Source: Octopus vulgaris
Taxonomy: Eukaryota
Reading direction: 5' to 3'
Assembly: GCA_951406725.2 (NCBI GenBank)
Contig: OX597830.1
Span: 65,286,001-65,350,000 of the forward strand
Length of the DNA: 64,000 nt
Under the pieces are notes generated by a model. The model was not told the origin of the DNA. It saw only the letters and a program-made list of their open reading frames with translations, and searched no databases. A program made the position numbers and the translations under genes. This document shows, one piece after another, positions 39,917-52,786 of this stretch (position 1 is the stretch's first letter; each line of letters opens with the position of its first letter).

Positions 39917-40476
39917 TGTGTGTGTGTGTATGTATGTGTGTGTGTGTGTGCTTATTTTTGGAAGCACTCTGTCGGTTACGACGATGAGGGTTCCGGTTGA
40001 TCCGAATCAACGGAACAGCCTGCTCGTGAAATTAACGTGTAAGTGGCTGAGCACTCCACAGACACGTGCACCCGTAACGTAGTTCTCGGGGATATTCAGC
40101 GTGACACAGAGAGTGACAAGGCCGACCCTTTGAAATACAGGTATAACAGAAACAGGAAGTAAGAGTGAGAGAAAGTTGTGGTGAAAGAGTACAGCAGGGA
40201 TCACCACCATCCCCTGCCGGAGCCTCGTGGAGCTTTTAGGTGTTTTCGCTCAATAAACACTCACAACGCCCGGTCTGGGAATCGACACTGCGAACCTATG
40301 ACCGCGAGTCCGCTGCCCTAACCACTGGGCCATTGCGCCTCCACTCGTGTGTGCTTATATGTGTGTGTGAAAATACTTACTTGAACTTCTTCGTAGATAT
40401 CTTCTTCAGTCACCCACCTTGTTGGAGATTTCTTGGCATCAAGACTTTCGTTGACAGAATTGGTAACAGCTTCCAT
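25121..40476 (-). CDS. CARNS1: Carnosine synthase 1-like ATP-grasp ligase, spliced CDS of 8 exons (937 aa): 40476-40381, 38452-38074, 35020-34644, 32687-32519, 30652-30588, 29108-28880, 27868-27606, 26356-25121
   Basis: All 7 introns have GT..AG ends with matching phases (exon lengths 96+379+377+169+65+229+263+1236=2814 nt). The translation has CARNS1-type motifs: LKLEYGSSAVGV, GTEHDVD, AAFVSDNGPTRLPNFTETAA, GVFNVE, EINSRMGG.YLRDWI, RGGIGAQTDIIGLDF, PVLIEVN. Confidence 0.92.
27606..27868 (-). CDS. CARNS1: CARNS1-like coding exon 7
   Basis: aatttcag|GA acceptor, AAG|gtgaat donor; GLDFLV...PVLIEVNGHDC...GKTVLFIGDGGYGKRF...RDYGIK. Confidence 0.9.
28361..28615. repeat. Near-perfect foldback palindrome (~124-bp arms, 7-nt loop) in a CARNS1-like intron
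   Basis: 28361-28484 is the reverse complement of 28492-28615 with about one mismatch; embedded in (TA)n. Confidence 0.95.
28880..29108 (-). CDS. CARNS1: CARNS1-like coding exon 6
   Basis: tattttcag|ACT acceptor, G|gtaaag donor; TVCGVAKSCKPINGDNTIPQSLEASL...ERGGIGAQTDII. Confidence 0.9.
29430..29810 (-). mobile_element. SINE family A
   Basis: Reverse complement of 16924-17305. Confidence 0.88.
29833..30060 (+). mobile_element. SINE family C (GGCGAGCTGGCAGAATCGTTAGC head)
   Basis: GAGTTCAAATTCC B-box-like motif; many copies. Confidence 0.85.
30588..30652 (-). CDS. CARNS1: CARNS1-like coding exon 5 (65 nt)
   Basis: tgaaacag|AT acceptor, AAG|gttagt donor; DYNFRVRTTVCRTSDDLPHVSK. Confidence 0.85.
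30900..31200 (+). mobile_element. L1/Tx1-like LINE fragment
   Basis: GALPVQDKL...CLRCVLTEETICAC knuckle region; related to 50360-51660. Confidence 0.55.
31452..31960. mobile_element. Interspersed repeat family D (~510-540 bp) flanked by (TTA)n
   Basis: Second copy at 51755-52296, partial copy at 34112-34246. Confidence 0.8.
31985..32340 (+). mobile_element. L1/Tx1-like LINE fragment
   Basis: ...CEDVLRETLG...SDETVLHALVQC, similar to 50870-51040. Confidence 0.55.
32519..32687 (-). CDS. CARNS1: CARNS1-like coding exon 4 (not in the ORF track)
   Basis: ctcattccag|CTT acceptor, G|gtgagc donor; LVIKPSGPSWFGSKLVSF...LEEGDAVILEECI. Confidence 0.88.
33648..33878 (-). mobile_element. SINE family C
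   Basis: Reverse complement of 29833-30060. Confidence 0.85.
34291..34540 (-). mobile_element. R4/Dong-type 3' end in (TAA)n within a CARNS1-like intron
   Basis: Minus frame IPIKIGA*GMIKRHSDKYITKISGL...; (ATT)n on both sides. Confidence 0.65.
34644..35020 (-). CDS. CARNS1: CARNS1-like coding exon 3
   Basis: cccaacag|GA acceptor, AAG|gtaagt donor; GGHTCLEMYQPPRRVTYF...LDCPMSSS...TDNKLLTRTL...VPYPTTLAF. Confidence 0.9.
35335..35487 (+). mobile_element. SINE family A, 3'-truncated
   Basis: Head similarity. Confidence 0.75.
35583..35800 (-). mobile_element. RTE-clade LINE 3' end
   Basis: Minus frame FKCSRRVRDCHVGLHSH (RTE C-terminal C2H2-like motif), then GATGCC and an (ACA)n tail. Confidence 0.6.
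35942..36362 (+). mobile_element. SINE family B (GGCGCAGGAGTGGCTGTGTGG head, internal (TA/TG)n, AAAAGAG tail)
   Basis: A/B-box-like head; multiple near-identical copies. Confidence 0.88.
36371..37830. mobile_element. Cluster of SINE family C copies in both orientations (36371-36590 -, 36870-37060 -, 37100-37310 +, 37325-37540 +, 37660-37830 -)
   Basis: Shared GGTCGACTTTGCCTTTCATCC core or its complement. Confidence 0.8.
38074..38452 (-). CDS. CARNS1: CARNS1-like coding exon 2
   Basis: ttgttttag|GAA acceptor, G|gtaagt donor; EDAEGFDEYTCPLW...LSSPVECLSVLLEGGEQCPGNMLLVLSDSWL...AIAFYK. Confidence 0.88.
39540..39810 (-). mobile_element. SINE family B, diverged 3' part
   Basis: CTTGTTTCAGTCA..TGCGGCCATGCTGG. 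Confidence 0.65.
39960..40342 (-). mobile_element. SINE family A, 38 bp downstream of the first coding-exon donor
   Basis: Reverse complement of 16924-17305. Confidence 0.88.
40381..40476 (-). CDS. CARNS1: CARNS1-like coding exon 1 (MEAVTNSVNE...IYEEVQ); the exon extends 5' to an acceptor at 40501
   Basis: tttcttcag acceptor at 40502-40503, aaaacgATGG start, CAA|gtaagt donor; phase 0 matches the next exon. Confidence 0.7.
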
Positions 40477-40544
40477 CGTTTTTACTAACAAATAAGATAT
40501 CCTGAAGAAAGAAATAAAAATAATAATATTATCTGATTTAGTAA

Positions 40545-40946
40545 TAAAGACCAGTAATTTTGAGATGAGGAAGTTAATGGATACCATCAGTACCAATGCT
40601 TCCAAAGTACTTCCTTTTATTGACACTGAAAAGATGAAAGGCGAAGTTGACTGCAACAGGATTTGAACTCAAAACGTAAATACCGCAGAACAATTTCCCA
40701 TCTTTCTATCTTTAGTAATTGTTTCAGACTTAGGCTACGGGCTAGTAATTTAGAGGGAAGGAAGTTATTCGATATCATTAGCCCCAGCACGTCCATGGTA
40801 CTTTATTTTATCGTTTTCGGTAGGATGAAAGGCAAGATCAGCCTCGGCGGATTTGAACTCAGAGCATAAAGACAGACGAAGTACCACTAAGCCTTTCGCT
40901 CGTCCTGCTAACGATTCTTCCAGTTCACCACCACCACCACCACCAC

Positions 40947-41009
<63 letters not shown>

Positions 41010-41230
41010 CCTTTCTACTATAGGCACAAGGCCTGAAATTTTTGGGAAGGGGATGAGTCGATTACATCGACCCCAGTGTTCAACTGGTACTTACTTTATC
41101 CACCCCGAAAAGATGAAAGGTAAAGTCGACCTCGGCGGAATTTGAACTCAGAACATAAAGACGGGCGAAATGCCGCTAAGCATTTTGCCCTGCGTGCTAA
41201 TTATTCTGCCAGCTCGTCGCCTTCGCTATG

Positions 41231-41322
<92 letters not shown>

Positions 41323-41960
41323 CCTTTCAATTGGAGGCACAAGGCCTCAAATTTGGGGGAAGGAATTAAGTCGATTAGATCGACCCCAGTGCGTAACTGA
41401 TACTAATTATATTGACTACGAAAGGATGAAAGGCAAAGTCGACGACCCTCGACAGAATTTGAAACCAGAACGTAAATACGGACGAAATGCCGATAAGCAT
41501 TTTGTCCGGCGTGCTGATGATTCCGCCAGCTCACCGCCTTAAATAATGGTAATAGCAGGTTCTAATACAGACACTTAACCGGCAATTTCTAAGGGAGTAG
41601 GAGTGGTTGATAACATCAACCTTAGTGCTTGACTGGTACTGTATTTCTTCGACCCCCGAAGGATAAAGGTAAAATTTACCACGGCAGGATTTGAACTCAG
41701 AACATAAGAAGCCAGAATAATTATCGTAAGGCATTCTCCTGAAGTCTTAAAGATTCTGCGAGGGTAGTCTCTGATTTAGGCACAAAGTGAGTCATTTTGA
41801 AGGAAGGGAGTTCGTTGATACTTTCACCACTGGTGCTTAATTGGTCCTTTATTTTATCCATCTCGAAAGGACAAGAAGTAAAGTAAACCTCGGCAGAATC
41901 TGAACTCAGAATGAAAAAGATCATAGAAGTACTAAGGCCGATAAGGTGATCCAGCATGGC
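40545..41960 (-). mobile_element. Run of SINE family C copies of varying age (best: 41010-41222, 41323-41540) separated by (AAT)n
   Basis: Core motif repeated about six times. Confidence 0.75.
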
Positions 41961-41986
41961 CGCAGTCTAATGTCCAAATATAGTAA

Positions 41987-42370
41987 AACTAGCAGTATCG
42001 CCCGGCGTTGCTCAGGTTTGTTTCGACCCTTTAGAATTGGAAATTTTGAAAAGTAAAAATTTTGCATTATGTAGCTTGTTATTCTCTTTAAGTGAACATT
42101 TTTCTGGTTGAAATACACCGAAAACTGGCGACGCAGCAGTCAATAAATCGTAAAAAATAAGGATTTTCATAGAAAAAAAGCACCTTTTTGATGTAAATAA
42201 TTTTTGGTGTTAACATGGTCCGATTTGAATGTTTACTTCTACGGAAGGAAGAGCAAGCCTTCTTCTATCATACTCTCAGTTTTGGTCAACTTGCGCCGCA
42301 GGGTCTCGGAGGAGATAGTGTTAGTTGAAGGCTACCAAACCTGCCATACGCAGTCAACTTATATAGAGAT
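41987..42370 (+). mobile_element. Non-autonomous Helentron/DINE-1-like element
   Basis: AACTAGCAG...CCCGGCGTTGCTC start and TATATAGAGAT end; similar 3' ends at ~48300-48500 and ~48930-49180. Confidence 0.5.
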
Positions 42371-42675
42371 AATTTTAAAATAATTATAAACAAAATAGTA
42401 TCTGCCAAAACGAAAATTGGTTGATATCTTAGAAATAAAAGAGAAAAATATTATCTCTGTGGTGAGGTCGGAGTTCGTGAGAAATAAAAATATCAGAAAG
42501 CATATAAAGATAACAAAACCCATTCGTGATAAAAAAGTTAGACTGAGGTTGAATGTAGAAATTAAGATTAATAAATGTTATAGGATTGGTCTCTTGACAA
42601 GTTCATATTTTATTATAAAACGAACCGAAATACCCAGCGTTGCTCAGGTTAAGTCTCACACAACGTTCATGTTGC

Positions 42676-42726
<51 letters not shown>

Positions 42727-42727
42727 G

Positions 42728-42758
<31 letters not shown>

Positions 42759-42898
42759 TAACTGTATGCACCAATTTCCTGACGTCGTTTGGCATCGTAT
42801 AACAATGTGTGTGTGTGTGTATACACATACATATATATGCACATATATATATATATACATGTTCATGTGTATGTGTATACACACACACACACACACAC

Positions 42899-43034
<136 letters not shown>

Positions 43035-43607
43035 CTATGTCGACCAGATTATCAGGTGTTATTATACAATGCGTTTCTTCGCATTGTCGCATTGTAGTGA
43101 AGGTGCGTGACTTAGGGGTTAGGGGTTCTCATCTAATGATCGTAAGGTTGTGAGTTCGATTCCCGGTAGTGCGTTATGTTTTTGAGAAAGAAACTTTATT
43201 TCACGTTGCTCCAGTCCACCCAGCTGACAAAAATTAGTAGTACCTGTATTTTTTAAAGGGCCAGTCGTGTCACATTCCGTGGAGTACTAAGCCGATTACA
43301 CGTTAATTTTCAGGATCAGGCTGTTCCGCTGATCCGATCAACCGGAACTCAAGTGGCCGTAACCGACTGAGTACCGGTTGATTTCGGACGATGCCACCAC
43401 GCAGGTTTGGCGGGCGGACCAACCGGTCCTGAACGCAATGCCACTTTTTCGTAGGGCTATTTATTTACAGCTGAATGGACTTGAACAACGTGAAATGAAA
43501 CATCTTGCTCAAGAACCCAACAAAAGGACCCCGAAACTGCGATCTTGCAATCGTGAGTGCAACACCCAACCACGATACCATATATAAGACTATTGGTTGA
43601 ACGAATA

Positions 43608-43822
43608 CGAGGGTGAGCTGAAAAGTTCCTGGCTTTAAGGGTCTTGCGAAAGTCTTGGTTGGAGGACCAGCCTTCGGAGTTTTTTTACAGAGTTTAGAAA
43701 AAATGAAAGACCGCTGCAATAAGTGTGCGAATCTGGGAAGAGAATATGTCGAATAAAATCACAACTTATCCTCCTGTATTGCCTTTTATACCGAAAGCCA
43801 GGAACTTTTCAGCATGCCCTCG
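43608..43822. mobile_element. mariner-type MITE
   Basis: TA|CGAGGGTGAGCTGAAAAGTTCCTGGCTTT ... AAAGCCAGGAACTTTTCAGCATGCCCTCG|TA. Confidence 0.85.
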
Positions 43823-43838
43823 TACGTAGAATTAATGT

Positions 43839-44240
43839 AGGGCGGCGAGCTGGCAGAATCGTTAGCACGCCGGGCGAAATGTTTAGCAGTATTTCGTCTG
43901 CCATTACGTTCTGAGTTCAAACTCCGCCGAGGTCAACTTTGCCTTTCATCCATTCGGGGTCGATTAAATAAGTATCAGTTACGCACTGGGGTCGATGTAA
44001 TCGACTTGATCCCTTTGTCTGTTCTTGTTTGTCCCCTCTATGTTTAGCCCCTTGTGGGTAGTAAAGAAATAGGTATTTCGTCTGTCGGTATTTCGTTCTG
44101 AGCTCAAATTCCGCGAGGTCGACTTTGCCTTTCATCCTTTTGGGGTCGATTTAATAAGTACCAGTTACACAGTGGGTAGATGTAATCGACTTGATCCCTT
44201 TGTCTGTCGTTGTGTGTCCCCTGTATGTTTATTCAGCCCC
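43839..44240 (+). mobile_element. SINE family C with tandemly duplicated 3' body
   Basis: Body restarts at ~44072. Confidence 0.85.
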
Positions 44241-44904
44241 TTGTGGGCAATAAAGAAATAAATGTTTCTTCACCTCCCGCTACAACCTTACGTTTCTCCT
44301 TATCCTTTAACCCATTCAGCCACATTGTCCACTCGTGGCCTTGAAGTTGCGCTCATTTCACACTGACATCTCACGCAGCTTTCCTCCCACTTTCGCGATA
44401 TATAGACCAGCGATTAAGTTAAAGGGAATATAATTGTGTGATGTTTATGTGTCTTGTTTCGTTGGTTGATTGACAAATAACGAGAGAGAAGGGGATAGGA
44501 AGAGAGAGACAGAGACAGAGAGAGAGAAACTCACACACCCACAAACACAGATATATGTACGGGATGCAACGGAGCGGTACTAAACAAATTTTGATGTGCC
44601 AAAAATAGAAGGCGATCAAACGTAACGTTACACAGCCATGTGCGGCGGCGGCGGCAGATTCCAATATGAAAGGGGAAAATGTAAAAACAAGGAGTTTTGG
44701 CGAAACGATAAGTTACGAAGGCATAAACAAATCAACACTTGTTTCAAGCAGTGGTGGGGAAGGGGAAAACACAATCACAAACACACACACACTCATGAAG
44801 TGTATATGTAGCACTATATAGTAGAAGTTACTAGTCATGGTGCCGCGCACTAGGACTGAACCTCAAACCGCCCAATTGCAATGCGAGCTTCTTAAACTAC
44901 ACAT

Positions 44905-45645
44905 CCACGCTTATGTACATACATACACACACACACACACACGCATGCATGCATGCATACACACATGCATACATACATACATACATACATACATACATAC
45001 ATACATACATACGTACATACACACACATGCATACATACATACACACATACATATATACACACATGCATACATACATACATACATACACACATGCATATAT
45101 ACATGCATACATACATACATACATACATACATACATACATACATACATACATACACACACACGCATGCATGCATACATACATACAAACACACGCGCATGC
45201 ATGCATACATACATACATACATACACGCACACACGCATACACACATACATACATACACACATTCATACATACACACACACATACATACATACATACACAC
45301 ATACATACATACATACATACACATACATACATACATACATACATTCATACATGCATACACACATACACGCATACATACATACATACATACATACATACAT
45401 ACATACATACACACATACATACATACATACATACATACATACATACATACATACATACATACACACATACATACATACATACATACACATACATACATAC
45501 ATACATACATTCATACATGCATACACACATACACGCATACATACATACATACATACATACATACATACACACATACATACATACATACATACATGCATAC
45601 ATACATACATACATACATACACACATACATACATACATACATATA
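44905..45645. repeat. (CATA/CA)n compound microsatellite
   Basis: Read directly. Confidence 0.95.
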
Positions 45646-45843
45646 TGTTGAATTAAACTTACCAATACAATATGGAAAAACTCAGGTCCAATCCTAGAAG
45701 CCCGGAAGACTTATCGCTTTTAACTGTTTCCTTGCGGCGAACAAAATGTGGAGTGAATTGATAAATTCGGACAAACGAACTTTGAGTACAGCGACTAACA
45801 TGGATTGTGCGCGCGGGCGAGTATGTCTATCTGTGAATGTGCG

Positions 45844-45893
<50 letters not shown>

Positions 45894-46205
45894 TGTATCT
45901 GTGTGTGTGTGTGTGCGCGCGCGTTTGTGTTGCTTCGTTACAGAAAGCCAATTATAAAAAATTACTGTATCAAATGAAGAGGCAAATTAATGTACTCGAG
46001 CAAACATAAAATATAAAAACACGGAAAAAAAAAGAGTATATTTCTCGTGTTTATTTGAGTTGTAGGTCACAATAATATGTATCAATTTTAGCTTATCTAC
46101 AGAATAATTTATATCTATGAGTTCCTCGGCCTCAATATGTGTCAGTTTATCTAGCTAGCCATATAACAAAACCTACCAAACGTACCTACCTTTATTGATC
46201 ACCTG

Positions 46206-46235
46206 ATATATATATATATGTACATACATACATAC

Positions 46236-46311
<76 letters not shown>

Positions 46312-46312
46312 G

Positions 46313-46379
<67 letters not shown>

Positions 46380-46504
46380 CAATATGATAATTTTCCTGGT
46401 TTATATATATATATATAAATACGTATGTATATGTATATATATATGTATATATACATATATATGTATATTATAGAAATATATATATATATGATATTTTTCT
46501 TTAC

Positions 46505-46542
<38 letters not shown>

Positions 46543-46568
46543 TACACACACACATATATGTGTGTGTG

Positions 46569-46608
<40 letters not shown>

Positions 46609-46610
46609 CA

Positions 46611-46660
<50 letters not shown>
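46206..46660. repeat. (TA)n compound microsatellite
   Basis: Read directly. Confidence 0.95.
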
Positions 46661-47406
46661 CTAGTCTAAGCAGGTTTAGACGCATTATATACATATACTT
46701 ATGAGTGTGTACACTCATATACACACATATATGCACATATATGCACTTACATTGCACATACATGCACTTACGCACACAACCCAACACAGATACCAATCTA
46801 CATACAAGCTTGGTCTCCAATTACACTGTTATAGCTTCCGTAATGACGTATGTGCATATGTGTATATATAAATATGCATGTGCGCATGTGTGAATATGTA
46901 TTTGTGCATTTGTGTTTGTGTACGCGTGCGCGTGTGTGTGTTTGTGTTCAAAAAGTAAATATTGATAAGAAATCCGATAAATTGTTGCTTTTGACTGTAA
47001 ATAAAATAACTTAAGCGCTTTATTCCGTCCGAACTGCATAGACACTATTTTGTTTTCACATTGGTAGAAAACCAGTTAGTATTCCGTTAGAAAACTATAA
47101 GCAACTTCACAAAATATAGCAATATATAATTACATTTATAAAAAGTTTTTAAAACTGGATATTAAACAATATCAGAAAAGGTTATTGGTGGAGACGCATC
47201 GTGATTGATAATACGTTAAAAGATATGGAGTTTTTTTTAAACCAAAAGCAATAAGCCGAAGAATAATAGTAAATGTAGGAGAATTTTTAAAATGTTGGAA
47301 TTTGGTGGGTGAACAGGGTGGACAACGGAAAAGATAGCGACTGAAAACTCTGCACGATGCAGAAAGATTGATGTGCCTAAAAACTTGTTATAAAGTTAAA
47401 AATATA

Positions 47407-47828
47407 GGCGCAGGATTGGCTGTGTGGTAAGTAGCTTGCCTACCAACCACATGGTTCTGGGTTCAGTCCCACTGCGTGGCATCTTGGGCAAGTGTCTTCT
47501 GCTATAGCCTCGGGCCGTCCGATGCCTTGTGAGTGGATTTGGTAGACGGAAACTGAAAGAAGCCTGCCGTATATATGTATATATATATATGTATGTGTAT
47601 GTATATGTTTGTGTGTCTGTGTTTGTCCCTCTAGCATTGCTTGACAACCGATGCTTGTGTGTTTACGTTCCCGTAACTTAGCGGTTCGGCAAAAGAGACC
47701 GATAGAATAAGTACTGGGCTTACAAAGAATAAGTCCCTGGGTCGATTTGCTCGACTGAAGGCGGTGCTCCAGCATGGCCGCAGTCAAGTGACTGAAACAA
47801 GTAAAAGAGTAAAAGAGAGTAAAGAGTA
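47407..47828 (+). mobile_element. SINE family B
   Basis: Near-identical to 35942-36362. Confidence 0.88.
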
Positions 47829-50359
47829 ATGTATATTAGGATGTAGTCACATGGTGGCTCGGCTGTGTCTTTTGTGAGGACTTTCAGCAGGTTATCCCAA
47901 CCCTAAAGTTTTTCGAAAAGAAAAAAGAAATAAGAAATACAGGGGCCTAATCAGCCACTATCATATCGTGCCGTTCACCGTCGAAGCCCCAGGTGTTCTC
48001 GGGCCCCGCACTACCTGTTTCCTCAGCAAAATATGGATAACGGCGGCCTGTCTGAGAAATTAGCCCCACGAGGTGGAGTGGCTGTTGCAGCAAGTTTCGC
48101 TGGCCATTCTCTGCAGCAACGCCATCATGGTCATGACCGCAGGGCGTGGCTGATCACACCATTTGCTCTGGAGTGTGTGGCCAATTGCTCCCTCCTTCTT
48201 CATTTGCTGCTTAGCACCCTTTTTCTTTTTCTTAATCTTTCGGTTTCTTTGTATCTAAATCTTATACTTTTGAGATGTGATTAATTGGTTTAAAGTAAAG
48301 TTGCCAATATATCAACTTCTATAAATTTATTATAAATGCTGTGGGCTCACACTAGGCAAGAGGACCCTAAGTAAGGCATGTGTAAAATTTGAATGAAATT
48401 GGTTATGTAGTTCTCAAGTTTTAGGGGTTCACACAGACACACAGAGACAGACACACACATACACACACACACACATTCTCATCTTTATATATATAGATAT
48501 ACATGAACTAACGTCACATCAAAATCATGTAAACCACACACAGTCATTGACAACAGTCTCTCCCCAAAAGTGTAAATACGAAATAAAAGCAGATAACTCT
48601 GAATTTCATAATGTTTAGAATAAAAATTGTTGAGTCAAAAGCTTTTTAGTTATATACACATAATTAAACGCTCGTTGACCGATTTTTACCATCGGTGAGT
48701 AAAAATAACGATTTCAAATTTTTGCACAAGGCCAGCAATTTTAGAAAAAGATAAGCTGATTACATCGACTTCGGAACTCAACTTGTACTTATTTTATCGA
48801 GCCCGAAAGGTAAAGTCGACCTTGGTGGAATTTGAACTCAGAACGTAAAGACGGACGAAATGCCACTAAGTATTTTGCCTGACACGTTAACGATTCTACC
48901 AGCTCGCTGCCCTTTTGGTAAATAGTAATAACGAGCAAAACGCCCCCCCCCCCCGTCCAATGGACGGTGCTGATGTACTTGCGCGTACAAATGCACGTTC
49001 CCACGGCTTTATTGATCGCATTCTCACCTGGAATAGATTTTTATAATTTTTTCAAGACTTATACACGTCCTGATACCGTCGGTATCTACATATCAAATTT
49101 GAGCGCAATCGGATGGAGGATGCCCGAGATCCTAGAAGACACACACACAGACTGACAGAACGAATTTTACATAATAGATAAAAATTATTGATTCTTCGCT
49201 TTTAACAATTGATTGATATTTGCATAGAATTGCACTAAATCGTTTCGGACTTGTATAGACGACCATTCAACGTTTTATCTTTATTATTGCAACTCCGACC
49301 TAAACTTTTAAATATTCAACATTTTACGAAGAAAACCGTTCCCCCATTTTCTGAGTCTTGTCTCGTCAGTGGTAAGATGCCAGCTAAATGGTTGCGCTCA
49401 TTAGATCTGATGCCCAGCCACGATAAATCAACAGAGTGGCATAGTGTTAGTGGAGCTTTGAGATAGACATACATTTCCCAAGTTAACACGTATTTAACCA
49501 GATACAATAGCAGATGTGGAGTAGCTACTGTCCTTGACATAGATTGGAGCAAATTGTGAAAGTGGATCGACACTGGTTGAGTGCATACCTTTTACGCTGT
49601 AAACTACTACTTATAAAAACGGAACAGGATATCGAAGTGGAATACAATTATTTCCTGTTTAAGCTATTTCAATTGCTTTCCAGATGTGGTTGACAAATGA
49701 AGGACACTTCGCACCGGATAGCTCGCTCCCATTCCTGAGAACATGTCGTTCACCTGGTTTGAACTTCGCATCACATCTACATCGTATTCGTGTTTAATTT
49801 CATGACACGATTTCATTGCCTGAGTGATTCTCATTCACGCCACAACTTCATAACACGCAATGAAAGTAAACACTCGGAACCTCTACTTCAGACCGACTTC
49901 GACTGTAATCTCGATCAATCGATGATTGTTAACCATGCACGTTCTCGCATTTTGTCGGTTTTTTAAAAAATATAATAAAATATTGATTTCAAATTTTGAT
50001 ACAAGTCCAGCAATTTTGGAGGAGGAATAAGTCGATTACACTGACCTCAGTGCTCAACTGGTGTTCATTCTATCGACCCCGACAGAATTTGAACTGAGAA
50101 CATACAAACGGAAGAAATGCCGCTAAGCGTTTTACCAGAGTACTAACGAATCTGCCAGCTCGCTGCTTTATCCTATAATAAAATGTTTTTTGTTTTTTTT
50201 TTAAAGTACTCTTTATCTAGCTCAGAAAGAAGCTTTGTTTTATTTAGTTCACGTCACTTTACGGGCTGATAATTCAACCAAAATTCCGTCAGTGCAGTCA
50301 CATTAGTACAAACATGTTATTCACAACATCATACATGGACAAAAATTGAGACGAGGTAA

Positions 50360-51660
50360 CGAGCTGGGTGACTACTCTCACCCAGAAATGGGCCGAGAGA
50401 AAGCGATCCGTGGAAGGTCGGGCAGAGGTGGCTAACGCGTATATCACGTCCGTCATCTACTATCGTTTGTCTTTCGTGCCTTGTCCCGGCCACCGTCTGA
50501 TTATGCTAGATCGTATATTTTCCCGCTCCTTGTGGAAGGGACGCATCTCGATGGTCAAGTGGTCAATCTGCTGTCAGCACCCGCTGCGTAGTGACCTGGG
50601 CATACCGCGACCGATGATGCGCAGACATGCACTGAAGCTACGACATCTCCAATGATTCCTTGACGGTGAAAAGGTGTGGTCGCCGTTCGCCAGACACATA
50701 TTTCCGCAGCTAGTTTCTTTAACCGAGCTGCTGTCCTGGGTAAAACAGAAACCGAGAGGGAGCATTTGGAAACTGGGATGTCTTCAAGCGCTCACAGCCC
50801 TCAGCCAATCAGACACTGCGATAGGTGGAACGTCCATTTTAGCATTTTATAGAGGATTAGTAGTGGAAAAGCGCGACGACGTTCTTGGATAATTTCCAAA
50901 AATCTCTTGTCTAGCAGTGCTACTGCGGAGCTTTGCCTGTTCGGGAAAAACCTTACAGACACAGAAGTGCTGTCAGCCGAGCATGTCTGTGATGCGCACA
51001 GTATGACAAGACGATCCTACGAGCACTTGTCCAGTGTCCGAGCATTGCTGACCTGTGGGTTTATGTCGAATACTTGCTGTTACGTGTGAGACGGATCCGG
51101 CTGTCAACTGAATCCATCGTGCAGATCGCCCCGCCGCCTTCCTTTAACCGGGAAGGAGACACTGTGTTTATATGCCTGGTGGCCATGGCGAAAGAGGTTG
51201 TGTGGTGGACGAGATTGAAGAGACTGAAGACAAGCACTTTCTCGTTGGCCAATTCCTGATGAACTTCTTCAGGTTTCACTTGAAATGAAAAATAAGGGTA
51301 GAGAAGGAAGTGTTGTCTTCTAACCAGTTTGCTGGAAAATGAATGAAAGTTGCGAGAATGGTGCGAGGGAACGGGCCTGCCCTGAGCATACGCCTGCCGT
51401 TGGAAAAAAGGACAAAAAAAAAGAGACCTGCCCCAAAAGTCAGGGTACCCATGGCTTTTTATGGAGTTTTTGCATGAACAGCCCTCGACCGTCTCCTCCC
51501 TATTGAGGATTACACATTGTTAATTTTTTTTTTATGTAATTTTGTTCGTCTTGCTTACACGCAAAACCCTCACAACACCCACTCACACACATACACACAT
51601 ACACACATACATTCTTTGTTTTATCCTGTACTTTCCATAATGTTTTTCTTAATGTAAACC
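50360..51660 (+). mobile_element. L1/Tx1-clade LINE 3' relic
   Basis: WAERKRSVEGRAEVANAYITSVIYYRL...LWKGR...HPLRSDLGIP (W..R.LS..GR / GGLG.P pattern), degenerate knuckle, stops. Confidence 0.75.
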
Positions 51661-51676
51661 TTTGTGGTTAATAAAG

Positions 51677-51747
<71 letters not shown>

Positions 51748-51754
51748 GTTATTA

Positions 51755-52296
51755 TTGAGTGAGAGAGCAGTGCATGCCATTAAAGTGACACTGGGATTAA
51801 ATATACAAAGCCCAGTATACCAATCATGACCACCCGTCTGATAAGGGTACACTAGGCACATGCATCACAACCATATGTATGCGACATAGTATTTCATATC
51901 AAGATAAACAGCACATGACCTTGAAGGTGGAGCCCATTTAGAATATTCTTCAGCTCGAGTAGCCCATCCCGCTCAAAAGGTCCCTGAATAGGGGTTCTTT
52001 AAAGATGTTGAAGGAAACACCCATGTTTCCAGAAGTGAATTATCCAAATCCCAAAAATTCCTCTCAAAACATTCTATGATGCTCCCCCACTACGTCTGCT
52101 CATGATCAGAGATGCACATATCATCAGCTACAAAGGGACATGCTCAACTGGTTAAGAGTAAACAACTGACAAGCAAATCTGTGGTATTGAGCAGAATATT
52201 TGCTGCAGCCCATCTTTTATGTCAAGACAAAGCAATGTACATGATAACACTTCCAATCAGTTAAGATTAGAAGCCATGAAAGCCACTGCTACTGCA
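51755..52296. mobile_element. Interspersed repeat family D
   Basis: Similar to 31452-31960; (TTA)n flanks. Confidence 0.8.
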
Positions 52297-52786
52297 TTAT
52301 TATTATTGTTGTTGTTGTTGTTGTTGTTAATATTGTTGTTGTTGCGCCTGGAAGAAATAGCCAAGAGAAAGCTGTCCCCGAAACGTCGGGCACGTGACCT
52401 TTGCAGGTTCTCTGGGACCGGTGAACTCGGAATGAGATGATTGGCCACAATTCCTTGGATGTTGGCGATTCCTTGGATTTGGCACGATCTGAACTGGACA
52501 TTCGGCTTGTTTTGGCGACACTACGCTTTGGCGTAGGATACCAACCTGCTCCAAGAAACAGGAGCCATTAGAGTAACGATAGAAAAGACATAGAAAGGGG
52601 ACAGCACACTTATGGACCAAATACTGGAGCATATAACAACGTATTGATTGAAATTCGATCTCTAACAATATTTGGACATCCTAATTGTATTCTTATTTAG
52701 TTTTTCTAATGAGTGTTTGCTTGAGAGAATTTAGGTAATTAAGATGTTCAGCAAAACACTGTTCAGTAAAAGATAATAGGGGAAAA

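Noticed and set aside
44837-45697. His/Thr/Tyr/Ile-rich ORFs (also the YIYI, CVCV and poly-N ORFs elsewhere)
   Set aside because: (CATA)n, (TA)n, (CA)n and (AAT)n microsatellite artefacts.
49230-49950. Possible decayed transposase
   Set aside because: No diagnostic motif recoverable by eye.
52346-52700. Possible LINE ORF1/gag fragment (also 47830-48290)
   Set aside because: GC-richer and element-like but too degenerate to classify without a search.
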